NCBI GenBank assembly: GCA_947164795.1 | Contig: CAMUXV010000003.1 | Coordinates: forward strand, 1 to 59,012 | Reading direction: 5' to 3' | From: an uncultured Bacillales bacterium | GTDB lineage: Bacteria; Bacillota_I; Bacilli_A; RF39; UBA660 | Length of the DNA: 59,012 nucleotides | Shown here: positions 47,828-57,325 of the stretch, in pieces | How the letters are laid out: every line of letters begins with the position of its first letter | Position numbering within the stretch: the first letter of the stretch is position 1 | Position numbers and translations under genes: made by a program | The notes under the pieces: generated by a model | Told to the model about the DNA's origin: nothing | What the model saw: only the letters and a program-made list of their open reading frames with translations | Databases searched by the model: none

Positions 47828-48716
47828 TTTCCTTATTTTTTTTAAGCCATAATGGAAGTGGTATATCATAATATTTAGATAAATATAAGTAGATGTTATA
47901 TAGATAATTTTCATATTCATCTATTCTGTTTATTATGGTATTTAGTTTATTTTCTTCTAAAGTATTTGTTATTATTTTATCAATTGTATTAAAATAATAA
48001 TTTGGATATAATATTCTAGAGTATAATACTTGGATTCCATACTTTGAATAGTTATTATGTTTAAAGTATTCATCCAATTCTCTATATATGCTAGTATTAT
48101 TTATAAAGAAAGAGTATTTTATATACTCAGCTATATCTCTTGCTTTATGATCAAATATAATATTAAATGGATCATATAATGAATTGGATAATTTTATATG
48201 TGATACTACTTTTCTATCTAGATAATCATCTTTTTGGACTTCTCTTTTAGTATTTACTAAATAAGAAATAGCATTTTCTGATAATCCAATAAAGTAATCA
48301 GAGCTTTCCCTAATAAGGGGGTATTTTCCTCTATTTTGAGAGATAAATTCTTCTAGAAAGTCTGTTCTATTAGACCATAGAATTTCCCAATTATTCCTTT
48401 CTAATTCGGGTATTATATTTATATTGATATTAGATAGATTTGATATGTTAGGAAGGGTAAGAATAGATATTCTTTTTATTAATATAAGAGAATATAATTT
48501 ATTATTTATAATGGTAAATAAACTATTTTCTTTATTTGGTATGATAGTATTTATATTTAAATCAGTAGATAATTTATATATAATATTTATATCATTGGTA
48601 CTATATATTTCTTTTAATACTAGTGTATTGTTTTTAACTTTTAATATATAATTATTATCTTTTGATTTTAATGTGTTTATTTTTATATTATAGTAGTATT
48701 CTATTATATTTTCCAT
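47805..48716 (-). CDS. hypothetical; possibly a degenerate CotS/YutH-like kinase-fold spore protein
   Basis: Size and N-terminal beta-lobe-like pattern, plus adjacency to the nfu-like gene as for yutH/yutI in B. subtilis. The kinase motifs are not intact (SHIKLSN, IFDHKARD). Confidence 0.3.
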   Translation of the reverse strand: MENIIEYYYNIKINTLKSKDNNYILKVKNNTLVLKEIYSTNDINIIYKLSTDLNINTIIPNKENSLFTIINNKLYSLILIKRISILTLPNISNLSNININIIPELERNNWEILWSNRTDFLEEFISQNRGKYPLIRESSDYFIGLSENAISYLVNTKREVQKDDYLDRKVVSHIKLSNSLYDPFNIIFDHKARDIAEYIKYSFFINNTSIYRELDEYFKHNNYSKYGIQVLYSRILYPNYYFNTIDKIITNTLEENKLNTIINRIDEYENYLYNIYLYLSKYYDIPLPLWLKKNKETNPHLQP

Positions 48717-48797
48717 GTATCATCCTTATTATAATTTATTATTTTTAATTTAGATATAGACTATTATTTTTAAATATGGTAAAATATTGTTTAGGTA

Positions 48798-49970
48798 ATG
48801 AATATGAAAAAAACTATTAAAGATTATGATTTAAATGGGAAGAAAGTTATTATTAGATGTGATTTAAATGTACCTATAGATAATGGTATTATTCTTGATG
48901 ATACAAGAATTAGGTCTAGTATTAAGACAATTAGGTATGCAATTAATAATGGTGCTAGTGTTATTTTACTTTCTCACTTAGGTAGAGTCAAAAATGTTGA
49001 TGACAAAAAAAATAATAGTTTATATCCTGTATCAATTGCTTTATCTAATATATTAAAAAAAGAAGTGTTATTTTCTCCTGAAACTAGGGGTAAAGAACTT
49101 AGTAAAATGGTTAGTGAATTAAAAGCTGGTGATATATTACTTATAGAGAATACTAGATTTGAAGATATAATTGGTAATAAAGAATCAAAATGTGATAAGA
49201 GACTTGCTAAATATTGGGCTAGCTTAGGGGATATTTATATTAATGATGCATATGGAACATGCCATAGAAATCATGCATCTGTTACAGGAATTCCTTTATA
49301 TATACCTAGTGGTATTGGCTTTCTTGTTGAAAGAGAAATTAATAAAATTAATGGTGTTCTTGATTCTAATACTCATCCATTTGTTACAATACTTGGTGGT
49401 AAAAAAATTGATGATAAGATTAAGTTAATCCAGTCTTTAGTTAATATTAGCGATAAATTAATAATAGGTGGAGCAATGTCGTTTACTTTTCTTAAAGTGC
49501 TTGGATATAATATTGGTAAGAGTACTATATCTGAAGATAATTTTTCTTTTTGTAAAAGACTATTAAACGAATATGGAGAAAAAATAATATTACCTGTTGA
49601 TTTTGTTTGTGAAGACGGAACTAAAGAAATTGATGAATTTGATGATAATGATATAGGTTATGATATAGGGCCTAAGACAGTTAGATTATTTGATAGAGTG
49701 CTTAAGGATGCCAGAAGAGTAATATTAAACGGACCTATGGGAATGTTTGAGGATAAGAAATATTCTGATGGTACTAGAAAAGTATTTAATATTCTTGGCA
49801 AGTATAAGATTAAGACTGTAATAGGAGGAGGAGATTCTGCTTCTGCAGTTAATAATCTCGGCTTTGAAGATATGTTTTATCATGTATCTACCGGAGGCGG
49901 AGCAACAATGAAATATTTAGAAGATAGAAAATTAATAGGAATTGAAGTGATTGAAGATGCAAAAAAGTAA
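48798..49970 (+). CDS. pgk: phosphoglycerate kinase
   Basis: VIIRCDLNVP, DDTRIRSSIKTI, LLSHLGR, IENTRFE, GGGDSASAV, STGGGA. Confidence 0.9.
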   Translation: MNMKKTIKDYDLNGKKVIIRCDLNVPIDNGIILDDTRIRSSIKTIRYAINNGASVILLSHLGRVKNVDDKKNNSLYPVSIALSNILKKEVLFSPETRGKELSKMVSELKAGDILLIENTRFEDIIGNKESKCDKRLAKYWASLGDIYINDAYGTCHRNHASVTGIPLYIPSGIGFLVEREINKINGVLDSNTHPFVTILGGKKIDDKIKLIQSLVNISDKLIIGGAMSFTFLKVLGYNIGKSTISEDNFSFCKRLLNEYGEKIILPVDFVCEDGTKEIDEFDDNDIGYDIGPKTVRLFDRVLKDARRVILNGPMGMFEDKKYSDGTRKVFNILGKYKIKTVIGGGDSASAVNNLGFEDMFYHVSTGGGATMKYLEDRKLIGIEVIEDAKK

Positions 49971-51012
49971 GATCAAGATTTATTTAGGATTTGTAATGGT
50001 ATTATTTGTGGCAGTGTTGTTCTTTTCTTTAAAGGATAATTTTAAAGATATTGTACACAATTTAAGCCATGTCAATATATTATGGTTAATGCTTGGAATT
50101 GGATTTGTTTTCTTATCTAAGTATTTTATTGGTTTAACTACTTATGAACTAGGTGTGAAAGAAAACAAAAAATTGAGTTTATCTAAAGTGATTCAAATTT
50201 CATTAATATATCCTTTTTATGCAGGAATAACTCCCAGTAGTATTGGTGGCGAAGGATTTGAAATTTTTTATTTAAAACAATGCGGTATATCTTATGGTGG
50301 CGGAACTAATATTCAAATGCAGAAGTTTATTTTGTATGAGATATCAATGATTTCAATAAATGTATTAGTGATTATTCTTAACTTTTTCACAGGGATAGTA
50401 GTGGATTCTTCTTTTGTTGGTAGTGCTGTTACTTTAAATTTTATTGTTAACTTAATATTACTTGGTGGTAGTTTTTTAATTACTTATAATAAATGGATTA
50501 AAAATTTTATTCTTAATGGTGGTGTTAATATTCTTAGTAAGATAAGAATTATTAAGGATCCAGATAAATCTAGGGAAAAAATTGATGAGTTTTTAGTTAA
50601 TTTTGATGAAGGAGCTAAAACTTTACATAAAGATAAAAAGTTGTTTTGGAAACTTGTTGTCTATAATGCGTTAGCCATTATTTTCTTAACTATTGCTGCT
50701 TGGCCTGTAGCAAGGGCAATGCATATTAAAGAAATTAGTATTATTAATTTATTTGTTCTTGCAGCTTATGCTAAGATGATGTGTTTACTAGTTGTTACTC
50801 CAGGCAATAGTGGTGCTGCTGAATATTGTTTTATCTATTTGTTTACGGGATTAATACATGAAGATGGTATAATGGCATATATGCTTATATGGAGATTAGT
50901 TACATATTATGTTCCTTTAGTAACAGGAGGAATTATGGCTATGTCATGGGAAAGGAGAAGAGTTCGTGAAGAAGCTATTAGTGCTAAATCACAAAATGGG
51001 AATGCTTTATGA
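49957..51012 (+). CDS. polytopic membrane protein, flippase-like / LPG-synthase-TM (UPF0104)-like
   Basis: About 8 TM segments and the layout typical of the family. Weak assignment. It overlaps the pgk 3' end and the tpiA 5' end. Confidence 0.45.
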   Translation: MQKSKIKIYLGFVMVLFVAVLFFSLKDNFKDIVHNLSHVNILWLMLGIGFVFLSKYFIGLTTYELGVKENKKLSLSKVIQISLIYPFYAGITPSSIGGEGFEIFYLKQCGISYGGGTNIQMQKFILYEISMISINVLVIILNFFTGIVVDSSFVGSAVTLNFIVNLILLGGSFLITYNKWIKNFILNGGVNILSKIRIIKDPDKSREKIDEFLVNFDEGAKTLHKDKKLFWKLVVYNALAIIFLTIAAWPVARAMHIKEISIINLFVLAAYAKMMCLLVVTPGNSGAAEYCFIYLFTGLIHEDGIMAYMLIWRLVTYYVPLVTGGIMAMSWERRRVREEAISAKSQNGNAL

Positions 51013-51670
51013 TGAAGTATATTACTATATAGATAAACTTAATAATATTGATACTGATATGGATATTATTGTTTGTCCATCAAATATTTATTTAGAAGCT
51101 TTTCTTGAAACTTGTGATTATCCAATAGGTAGTCAAAATGTTCATTATGAAATGGATATTAATAATACTGGTGAGATATCGACGATTCAGTTAAAATCTT
51201 TGGGAGTAGAATATTCTTTAGTAGGTCATTATGAAAGAGTAAGTAAATTTCATGAAAATGAAAAAATTGTAAATGAAAAACTTCTTAGTATAGTGGATGC
51301 TAATATTTTTCCAATTTTATGTTTTGGTGAAGGAGAATCGGAAGATTATAGAGAAGTTCTTCCTAAAAAGTTAGATGCATATCTAAAAGAAGTAGAGAAT
51401 ATAGAGTTTATTATTTTTGCTTATGAACCAGAATATGCAATAGGAACAGGTATTCTTCCAAATATAAATAGAATAAAAGAGGTTACAGAGTTTATTTCTG
51501 GCTATTTAGAAAGTAAATATCATAAAAAACCCAATTTATTATATGGTGGAAGTGTTGATTCTAGTAATATTAAAGATATTATTAATATTGATAGTATTAA
51601 TGGTGTTGTAATAGGAGAAGAATCTTCTAATATAGTTGAACTAGAAAAAATAATTAATGAGGTTAAATAG
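50966..51670 (+). CDS. tpiA: triosephosphate isomerase (divergent)
   Basis: GTG after AAGGAG. LNHKM (Asn/Lys), VGHYERV (catalytic His), AYEPEYAIGTG (catalytic Glu), LYGGSV. Confidence 0.8.
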   Translation: MKKLLVLNHKMGMLYDEVYYYIDKLNNIDTDMDIIVCPSNIYLEAFLETCDYPIGSQNVHYEMDINNTGEISTIQLKSLGVEYSLVGHYERVSKFHENEKIVNEKLLSIVDANIFPILCFGEGESEDYREVLPKKLDAYLKEVENIEFIIFAYEPEYAIGTGILPNINRIKEVTEFISGYLESKYHKKPNLLYGGSVDSSNIKDIINIDSINGVVIGEESSNIVELEKIINEVK

Positions 51671-51699
51671 AGAAGTATATGAGATATTTCTCTATTTTT
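51668..51699 (+). terminator. rho-independent terminator after tpiA
   Basis: TAGAGAA-N13-TTCTCTA followed by a T-run. Confidence 0.45.
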
Positions 51700-51717
51700 C
51701 TTAAGTCAAGTCTATAA

Positions 51718-51724
51718 TTCGACA
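51718..51724 (-). promoter_or_regulatory. 0A box (TGTCGAA) upstream of spo0A
   Basis: TTCGACA on the + strand, 55 nt before the spo0A ATG. Perfect 7-mer, but this 7-mer is expected a few times by chance in the window. Confidence 0.35.
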
Positions 51725-51778
51725 TATTTTGCTTAAATACTTTAGTACAATGTTAGAGTAAGGAAAGAAGGGTAGAAT

Positions 51779-52537
51779 ATGGAAAAAATTAAAGTGCTTA
51801 TGATTGATGATAATGTCAATCTAGTAGGAATGGTTGAGGATTATTTTGAAGATAATTCTCGTATTGAAGTTGTTGGTAAAGCATATGATGGCGAAGAAGG
51901 ACTGGAAATTATAAGAGAAGGACAGTTAAAATATGATCTAATTATACTTGACTTAATTATGCCTAAGAAGGATGGAATGGGAGTATTAAAGGAACTAAAA
52001 AAAGAAGAAAGAAATGAGAATATTATTGTATGTACTTCTTATAATGCTCCGGAAACTATTAGAAAGGTTAGCGAGTATGGAGTTAACTACTATATATTAA
52101 AACCTTTTAGTTTAGCAGACTTAGAAGAAAAAATATTAGAGTCTTTTGAGGATACTAAAAATTCTAAAAGTATTAATTTGCTTAGTGGTAATCTTCAGAT
52201 TAATATTAGTAAGATGCTTCATTCGCTTGGTATGCCTTCACATATTAAGGGATATCAATATGTAAGAGAAGCTATTTCAATGGTATATAGTAATCCTGAA
52301 ATAGTAGGAGGTATTACTAAGGAATTATATCCTGAACTTGCTAGTAAGTTTGATACTACTGTATCAAGAGTAGAAAGAGCTATTAGACATGCTATTGAAG
52401 TGTCTTGGAATAGGGGTGACTGGGACTTGATGGAAGAAGTCTTTGGACATAGCGTAGATATTGATAAAGCAAAGCCTACTAACTCCGAGTTTATTGTTAC
52501 TGTAGCGGATAAACTTAAATTAGAGCAGTATGCATAA
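51779..52537 (+). CDS. spo0A: sporulation master regulator Spo0A
   Basis: Receiver domain (DDN...LDLIMPKKDG). Spo0A-specific C-terminus HIKGYQYVREAI...TTVSRVERAIRHAIEVSWNRGD...KPTNSEFI. Confidence 0.9.
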   Translation: MEKIKVLMIDDNVNLVGMVEDYFEDNSRIEVVGKAYDGEEGLEIIREGQLKYDLIILDLIMPKKDGMGVLKELKKEERNENIIVCTSYNAPETIRKVSEYGVNYYILKPFSLADLEEKILESFEDTKNSKSINLLSGNLQINISKMLHSLGMPSHIKGYQYVREAISMVYSNPEIVGGITKELYPELASKFDTTVSRVERAIRHAIEVSWNRGDWDLMEEVFGHSVDIDKAKPTNSEFIVTVADKLKLEQYA

Positions 52538-52715
52538 ATGAACCTTTATTGGGTTCTTTTTTAATTAATAGATAAAAAATCTTTCTATGAATATTTGTTT
52601 TGGTATGAAAATGTGACAAATATTTTTAAATAATGGGTATATAATATAAGGGAGTAAATAAAAATACTTGAAATATTTTCCATTATATTATAAAATTACA
52701 TTAGGAGGTATCCTT

Positions 52716-53852
52716 ATGGAAGATATTGAAAAGGAAATTGCTGGAGAAGAAGTACTTGATAATGAAGAAATAACTAAAGAAGAAGTACATGATGATATTG
52801 AAATAGTTCATGATGATGAACTTAATAATGAAAAAAAGAATAAAAAGAAAGAAGATGATACTATCAGATTTAGTAAAAGAGGTAGTGATCCTGATAAGAA
52901 GAGAAATATTATAATTATTATTCTTATAGTGGTAGCGATTATTCTTATTGGCATAATCGGAGTTCTTGCTTTAACTAAGAAGGATAGTAAATCTAATAAT
53001 AAAGATGATAATAATAAGACTGAAGAAGTAGTTAAAGAAAAAGATACGGAAGAAATTGGTAAAAAAGTATCTTATGTTTCTTGTGATGATAATACTGCTC
53101 CTCTTAATGTAAGAAATTCTATATCTGGTGATATTATAGATGGACTTACTTGTTTTAAACAAGTGGAAATACTTGAGGATGCTGGTAGTACTGATGCATG
53201 TGATAAATGGTATAAAATAAATTATCAAAAGAAAGGTAGTTCTTATACTGGATATGCATGTGGTAAATATATTAAAGAATCTAGTAGTGATTCTGTTGCT
53301 ATTAAGAAGATGAGAGAAGTAATAGATAAAGCAAATAAATATTATGATGATAATCTAGTAATGGTTTATTGTGGTGAAACTACTGGTACTAAAACCATTA
53401 AGATAAATCAAGATGGTCATGATTTTGATGGGCAATATTTAAAGTCAGAATTCAAATCAATAGATGAACTTAAGAAACATATTTTAACATTTATTGATGA
53501 ATCTTTAATTAAAGTTAAATTAGAGGTATCAGATCATAATAATCCTAAGATGTATGATAATTATTATGAAATAGATGGTAATTTATATTGTAGAGATTAT
53601 TCTGGAAAAGGAGTACTTAAATTCTATACGGGTAATTACGATATAGAAGTAGTAAGTGAAACAGATAATAATGTAAATTTAAAGATTGCTTATGAGTATG
53701 TTGATGAAAATAAATTAGATGAAGATGGTAAATGTTCACTTGCTAATGTTTCAGCGTGTCCTAGTTCTTACTTTAAGTATGTTATTAAGAATATTACTTT
53801 AAGTAAAGATAATGGTAATTATATAGTTACTAAAATGGAATTTCATGATTAA
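52716..53852 (+). CDS. membrane-anchored protein with SH3b-like domain
   Basis: ATG after AGGAGG. Acidic N-terminus, one TM, then LNVRNSISGDIIDGLTCFKQVEIL...WYKINY (SH3_3-like) and an uncharacterised C-terminal domain. Confidence 0.45.
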   Translation: MEDIEKEIAGEEVLDNEEITKEEVHDDIEIVHDDELNNEKKNKKKEDDTIRFSKRGSDPDKKRNIIIIILIVVAIILIGIIGVLALTKKDSKSNNKDDNNKTEEVVKEKDTEEIGKKVSYVSCDDNTAPLNVRNSISGDIIDGLTCFKQVEILEDAGSTDACDKWYKINYQKKGSSYTGYACGKYIKESSSDSVAIKKMREVIDKANKYYDDNLVMVYCGETTGTKTIKINQDGHDFDGQYLKSEFKSIDELKKHILTFIDESLIKVKLEVSDHNNPKMYDNYYEIDGNLYCRDYSGKGVLKFYTGNYDIEVVSETDNNVNLKIAYEYVDENKLDEDGKCSLANVSACPSSYFKYVIKNITLSKDNGNYIVTKMEFHD

Positions 53853-53860
53853 AAAAGTAA

Positions 53861-53895
53861 AAAATATATCAAAAATACTTGATATATTTTTTATT
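53861..53895 (+). terminator. rho-independent terminator
   Basis: AAAATATATCAA-AAATAC-TTGATATATTTT followed by T residues. Confidence 0.55.
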
Positions 53896-53987
53896 TATGA
53901 TAATATAAATACTCGAAGAAAGGAAGTGATGTACCTAATATAATTATTAATTATTTTAGGTACTTTTTCTTAACTTGGAGGTGCAAG

Positions 53988-56282
53988 ATGGTTGAGACTA
54001 ATTTACCGATACTGTATTTAAGAGAAGAAGTTTTGCTTCCTTTTAATGAGATTCGGTTAGAGTTTACACTTGATAAAGATAAAGAAATATTAAATACAGC
54101 AGAGAAATATCATAATAGTCATTTACTCTTGGTTAATTTAGTTGATAGATTGGAAGAAGAACCTGATATTAATAATTTATCAAAGTATGCTATCCTTGGT
54201 AAGATTAAGTCTAAGATAGTTCTTCCGAATGGATCAAATAGGGTTGTTATTACTGGTATAGATAGGGTAGAGATTATTAATTATATTGAAACTGAAAGAG
54301 GTATGTTTGCTTTTGTAGTGCCTACTAAAGAATATGATTATAATGAAGTTGAGGCTGCTGCTTTAAGAAGGGTTTTATATAGAAAATTAGATGAATATAT
54401 TGATATATCTCCTTATATGTCTAATACTGTATTAGGTAGAATAACTGATGTTAAGAATATTGGTAAACTATCTGATATTATTGTATCTGAACTTCCTCTT
54501 GATTATATGGATTTATTTAAGTATATATCTATTACTAATCCTATGGATAGAATAAGAAGAATAATTGAAGATTTATCTAAAGAGATAGATACAGTAAAAT
54601 TAGAAAATGAGATAGAAGATTCTCTTAAGGTTAGAATGGAAGAAGACCAAAGGGAATATATGCTTAAGGAAAAAATTAGGCTAATTAAAGAAGAACTTGG
54701 AGAATCTGATTTAAAAGAAGATGATATTAATAAGATAAGAAAAAAGATGGATGAAAAGAATCTTCCTGATAATATTATTAAAAGACTTAATGAAGAATTA
54801 GATAGGTATTCTCTTACAAGTCCTGCTTCTCCGGAAGTTACTACAATTAGAACTTATATTGATTGGTTACTTAGTCTACCTTGGAATATAGAATCTAAAG
54901 ATATTACTGATGTTAAGAAGATAGAAGAAGTATTAAATAGTTCTCATTTTGGTCTTGAATCTGTTAAGAAAAGAATTATTGAGTATATAGCAGTTAAAAA
55001 GAAAACTAATTCTTCATCTAGTCCAATTATTTGTTTAGTAGGTCCCCCTGGTGTTGGTAAAACTTCTCTTGCTAGTTCAATAGCTAAAGCTCTTGGTAAG
55101 GATTTCGTTAAGGTATCTCTAGGTGGTATTAATGATGAGGCTGAAATATTGGGTCATAGAAGAACCTACGTAGGTGCTTCTCCTGGTAAGATTATTCAGC
55201 AAATGAAAAAGGCTAAAACAATGAATCCGGTATTTTTAATTGATGAAGTAGATAAGCTTACTAAGGATTATAAAGGTGATCCTGCTTCAGCGTTGTTAGA
55301 AATATTAGATAGAGAACAAAATGCTAAGTTCTGTGATAATTATATTGAAGAAGAATTTGATTTATCTAAAGTACTATTTATACTTACGGCGAATAATATT
55401 GCTAGTGTTCCGGCTCCTCTTTTAGATAGATTAGAGATTATTGAGTTATCTAGTTATACAATATATGAAAAGATTAATATTGCTAAACATCATTTAATTC
55501 CTGATTTGCTGGATGATTATAAGGTTAAGAACATTAAATTTACTGATGCTGCTATTGAAAGAATTATTACTTCGTATACGAAAGAAGCTGGAGCAAGGGA
55601 TTTATATAGACAAATTGATTCTATTATTAGAAAAGCTATTATATCGAGAGATAAGAATAAAAAATGTGAGATTCTTCAGTCTGATGTAGAAGCTTTCTTA
55701 GGTCCTTCTAAATATAATTTAGCTAGTAATGATGAAAATAATAAGACAGGTATTGTTAATGGCCTTGCTTATACTTTATATGGTGGTTCTATACTTAAAG
55801 TTACTTGTACTTTATATCCTGGTAAGGGTAATATTACTTTAACTGGAGCACTAGGAGATGTTATCAAGGAAAGTATATATATTGCTTTATCTTATATTAA
55901 GGCTAATAGTGTTAAGTTTAAGATTGATTATAAGATATTTGAAGAAAGTGATTTTCATTTTCATATAGAAGAAGGTAGTACTCCAAAAGATGGACCGTCA
56001 GCGGGTATTACAATTGTTACAGCGATTCTTAGTTTACTTAAGAATAAAATTATCAGTAATAAGGTATCTATGACTGGAGAGATTACTTTAAGAGGTAAAG
56101 TTTTACCAGTAGGTGGTTTAAAAGAAAAACTTATTAGTGCTGTTACTAATGGCATTGATACGGTATATTTACCACTTGATTCTTCGAAAGATTTAGTAAG
56201 TTTACCTAGTGAAGTTAGAGATAAACTTAATATTATTTTAGTTGAAGATTATGAAGATTTATATAAGAGATTATTTAAATAA
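53988..56282 (+). CDS. lon: ATP-dependent protease Lon (LonA)
   Basis: LON N-domain, GPPGVGKTS Walker A, FLIDEVDK Walker B, PKDGPSAG (catalytic Ser), GGLKEK (Lys). Confidence 0.9.
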   Translation: MVETNLPILYLREEVLLPFNEIRLEFTLDKDKEILNTAEKYHNSHLLLVNLVDRLEEEPDINNLSKYAILGKIKSKIVLPNGSNRVVITGIDRVEIINYIETERGMFAFVVPTKEYDYNEVEAAALRRVLYRKLDEYIDISPYMSNTVLGRITDVKNIGKLSDIIVSELPLDYMDLFKYISITNPMDRIRRIIEDLSKEIDTVKLENEIEDSLKVRMEEDQREYMLKEKIRLIKEELGESDLKEDDINKIRKKMDEKNLPDNIIKRLNEELDRYSLTSPASPEVTTIRTYIDWLLSLPWNIESKDITDVKKIEEVLNSSHFGLESVKKRIIEYIAVKKKTNSSSSPIICLVGPPGVGKTSLASSIAKALGKDFVKVSLGGINDEAEILGHRRTYVGASPGKIIQQMKKAKTMNPVFLIDEVDKLTKDYKGDPASALLEILDREQNAKFCDNYIEEEFDLSKVLFILTANNIASVPAPLLDRLEIIELSSYTIYEKINIAKHHLIPDLLDDYKVKNIKFTDAAIERIITSYTKEAGARDLYRQIDSIIRKAIISRDKNKKCEILQSDVEAFLGPSKYNLASNDENNKTGIVNGLAYTLYGGSILKVTCTLYPGKGNITLTGALGDVIKESIYIALSYIKANSVKFKIDYKIFEESDFHFHIEEGSTPKDGPSAGITIVTAILSLLKNKIISNKVSMTGEITLRGKVLPVGGLKEKLISAVTNGIDTVYLPLDSSKDLVSLPSEVRDKLNIILVEDYEDLYKRLFK

Positions 56283-56476
56283 AAATACTTTTAGATTTAT
56301 TCTAGAAGTATTTTTTTATGTATCTTGAGAAGGAAGAGAATCTACTACTAAAGAGATGATTAAAAATATGGTTAGGAAAAAAACAGATTATGAGTATATT
56401 TCTGATATATCTGGCAAAACAACAGAAGAAATAAAAGAGATAGAAAAAAGTATTGATTTATAAAAAATTACGGATT

Positions 56477-57325
56477 TTATTCCGTAATTTTATTTATTCG
56501 ATAAAAGTTAATAGATGGTTTATTAAACATACGAAGATTTAGTCTAGAAAGTCCGACACCACTAGATATATAAAGATCTGTATCTTGTACTTTATAATAA
56601 TTATCATAATATTTTCTACTTCCTTTTGGTAAAAAGAATTTCTTTATATAAGGGATATTTATTTGTCCATTATGAGAATGACCACTTAGTACTAAATCTA
56701 CATTATAATCTTTTACTATTGTATCAATATAGTCTGGTTCATGACATAATATTATTTTATAACTAATATCTTCGTTATCATTAAAGTATTCCATTATTTT
56801 AGAAATATTGGCTTTATTAAAACTATAAGTATCTGTTCCTCCAATAAATAATTTATCGTTATTATTTCCATAGACTATATCATAACTATTTTGTAGTAGG
56901 ATAAAGTTACTAGATGAATATATTTCTTTAAATAGTTCTTCTTCTTTCATATAATCGTGATTACCTAATACTGCATATTTTCCATATTTACTTTTTATAC
57001 TAGATAATTCACTTATTAAATTATTTTTTTCTTTATCATTTAGTTTAAAATCTTTATCGATAAGATCTCCAGTAAAGAAGACAATATCTGGGTTTATTAA
57101 CTTAATTTCATCTACTACTTGTTTTAGAATATCTTTATTTGTTACTCTAAGATAATGCAAATCACTAAAGTGAACTATTTTTAATCCATCAAATGATTCG
57201 TCAATAGTGGTATTTATGGTATATTCCTTGGTTATTAACCCTTCTGTTCCGACATATCTTCCATATATTAATAATAAAAGGAAAAATAATAATACAAAGA
57301 ATAAAAATCTTATAAACTTTTTCAT
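56477..57325 (-). CDS. membrane-anchored metallophosphoesterase
   Basis: HFSDLHY, FTGDLID, LGNHDY, LCHEP, LSGHSHNGQ. Confidence 0.75.
   Translation of the reverse strand: MKKFIRFLFFVLLFFLLLLIYGRYVGTEGLITKEYTINTTIDESFDGLKIVHFSDLHYLRVTNKDILKQVVDEIKLINPDIVFFTGDLIDKDFKLNDKEKNNLISELSSIKSKYGKYAVLGNHDYMKEEELFKEIYSSSNFILLQNSYDIVYGNNNDKLFIGGTDTYSFNKANISKIMEYFNDNEDISYKIILCHEPDYIDTIVKDYNVDLVLSGHSHNGQINIPYIKKFFLPKGSRKYYDNYYKVQDTDLYISSGVGLSRLNLRMFNKPSINFYRINKITE

Noticed and set aside
56329-56463. Short open frame after lon with a 35-codon ATG ORF from 56356 (MIKNMVRKKTDYEYISDISGKTTEEIKEIEKSIDL). It resembles the C-terminal tail of Rpn/PD-(D/E)XK putative transposases.
   Set aside because: It is only a short tail with no nuclease domain, it has a weak RBS, and the similarity is recalled from memory. 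At best it is a relic fragment, so it is not annotated as a mobile element.
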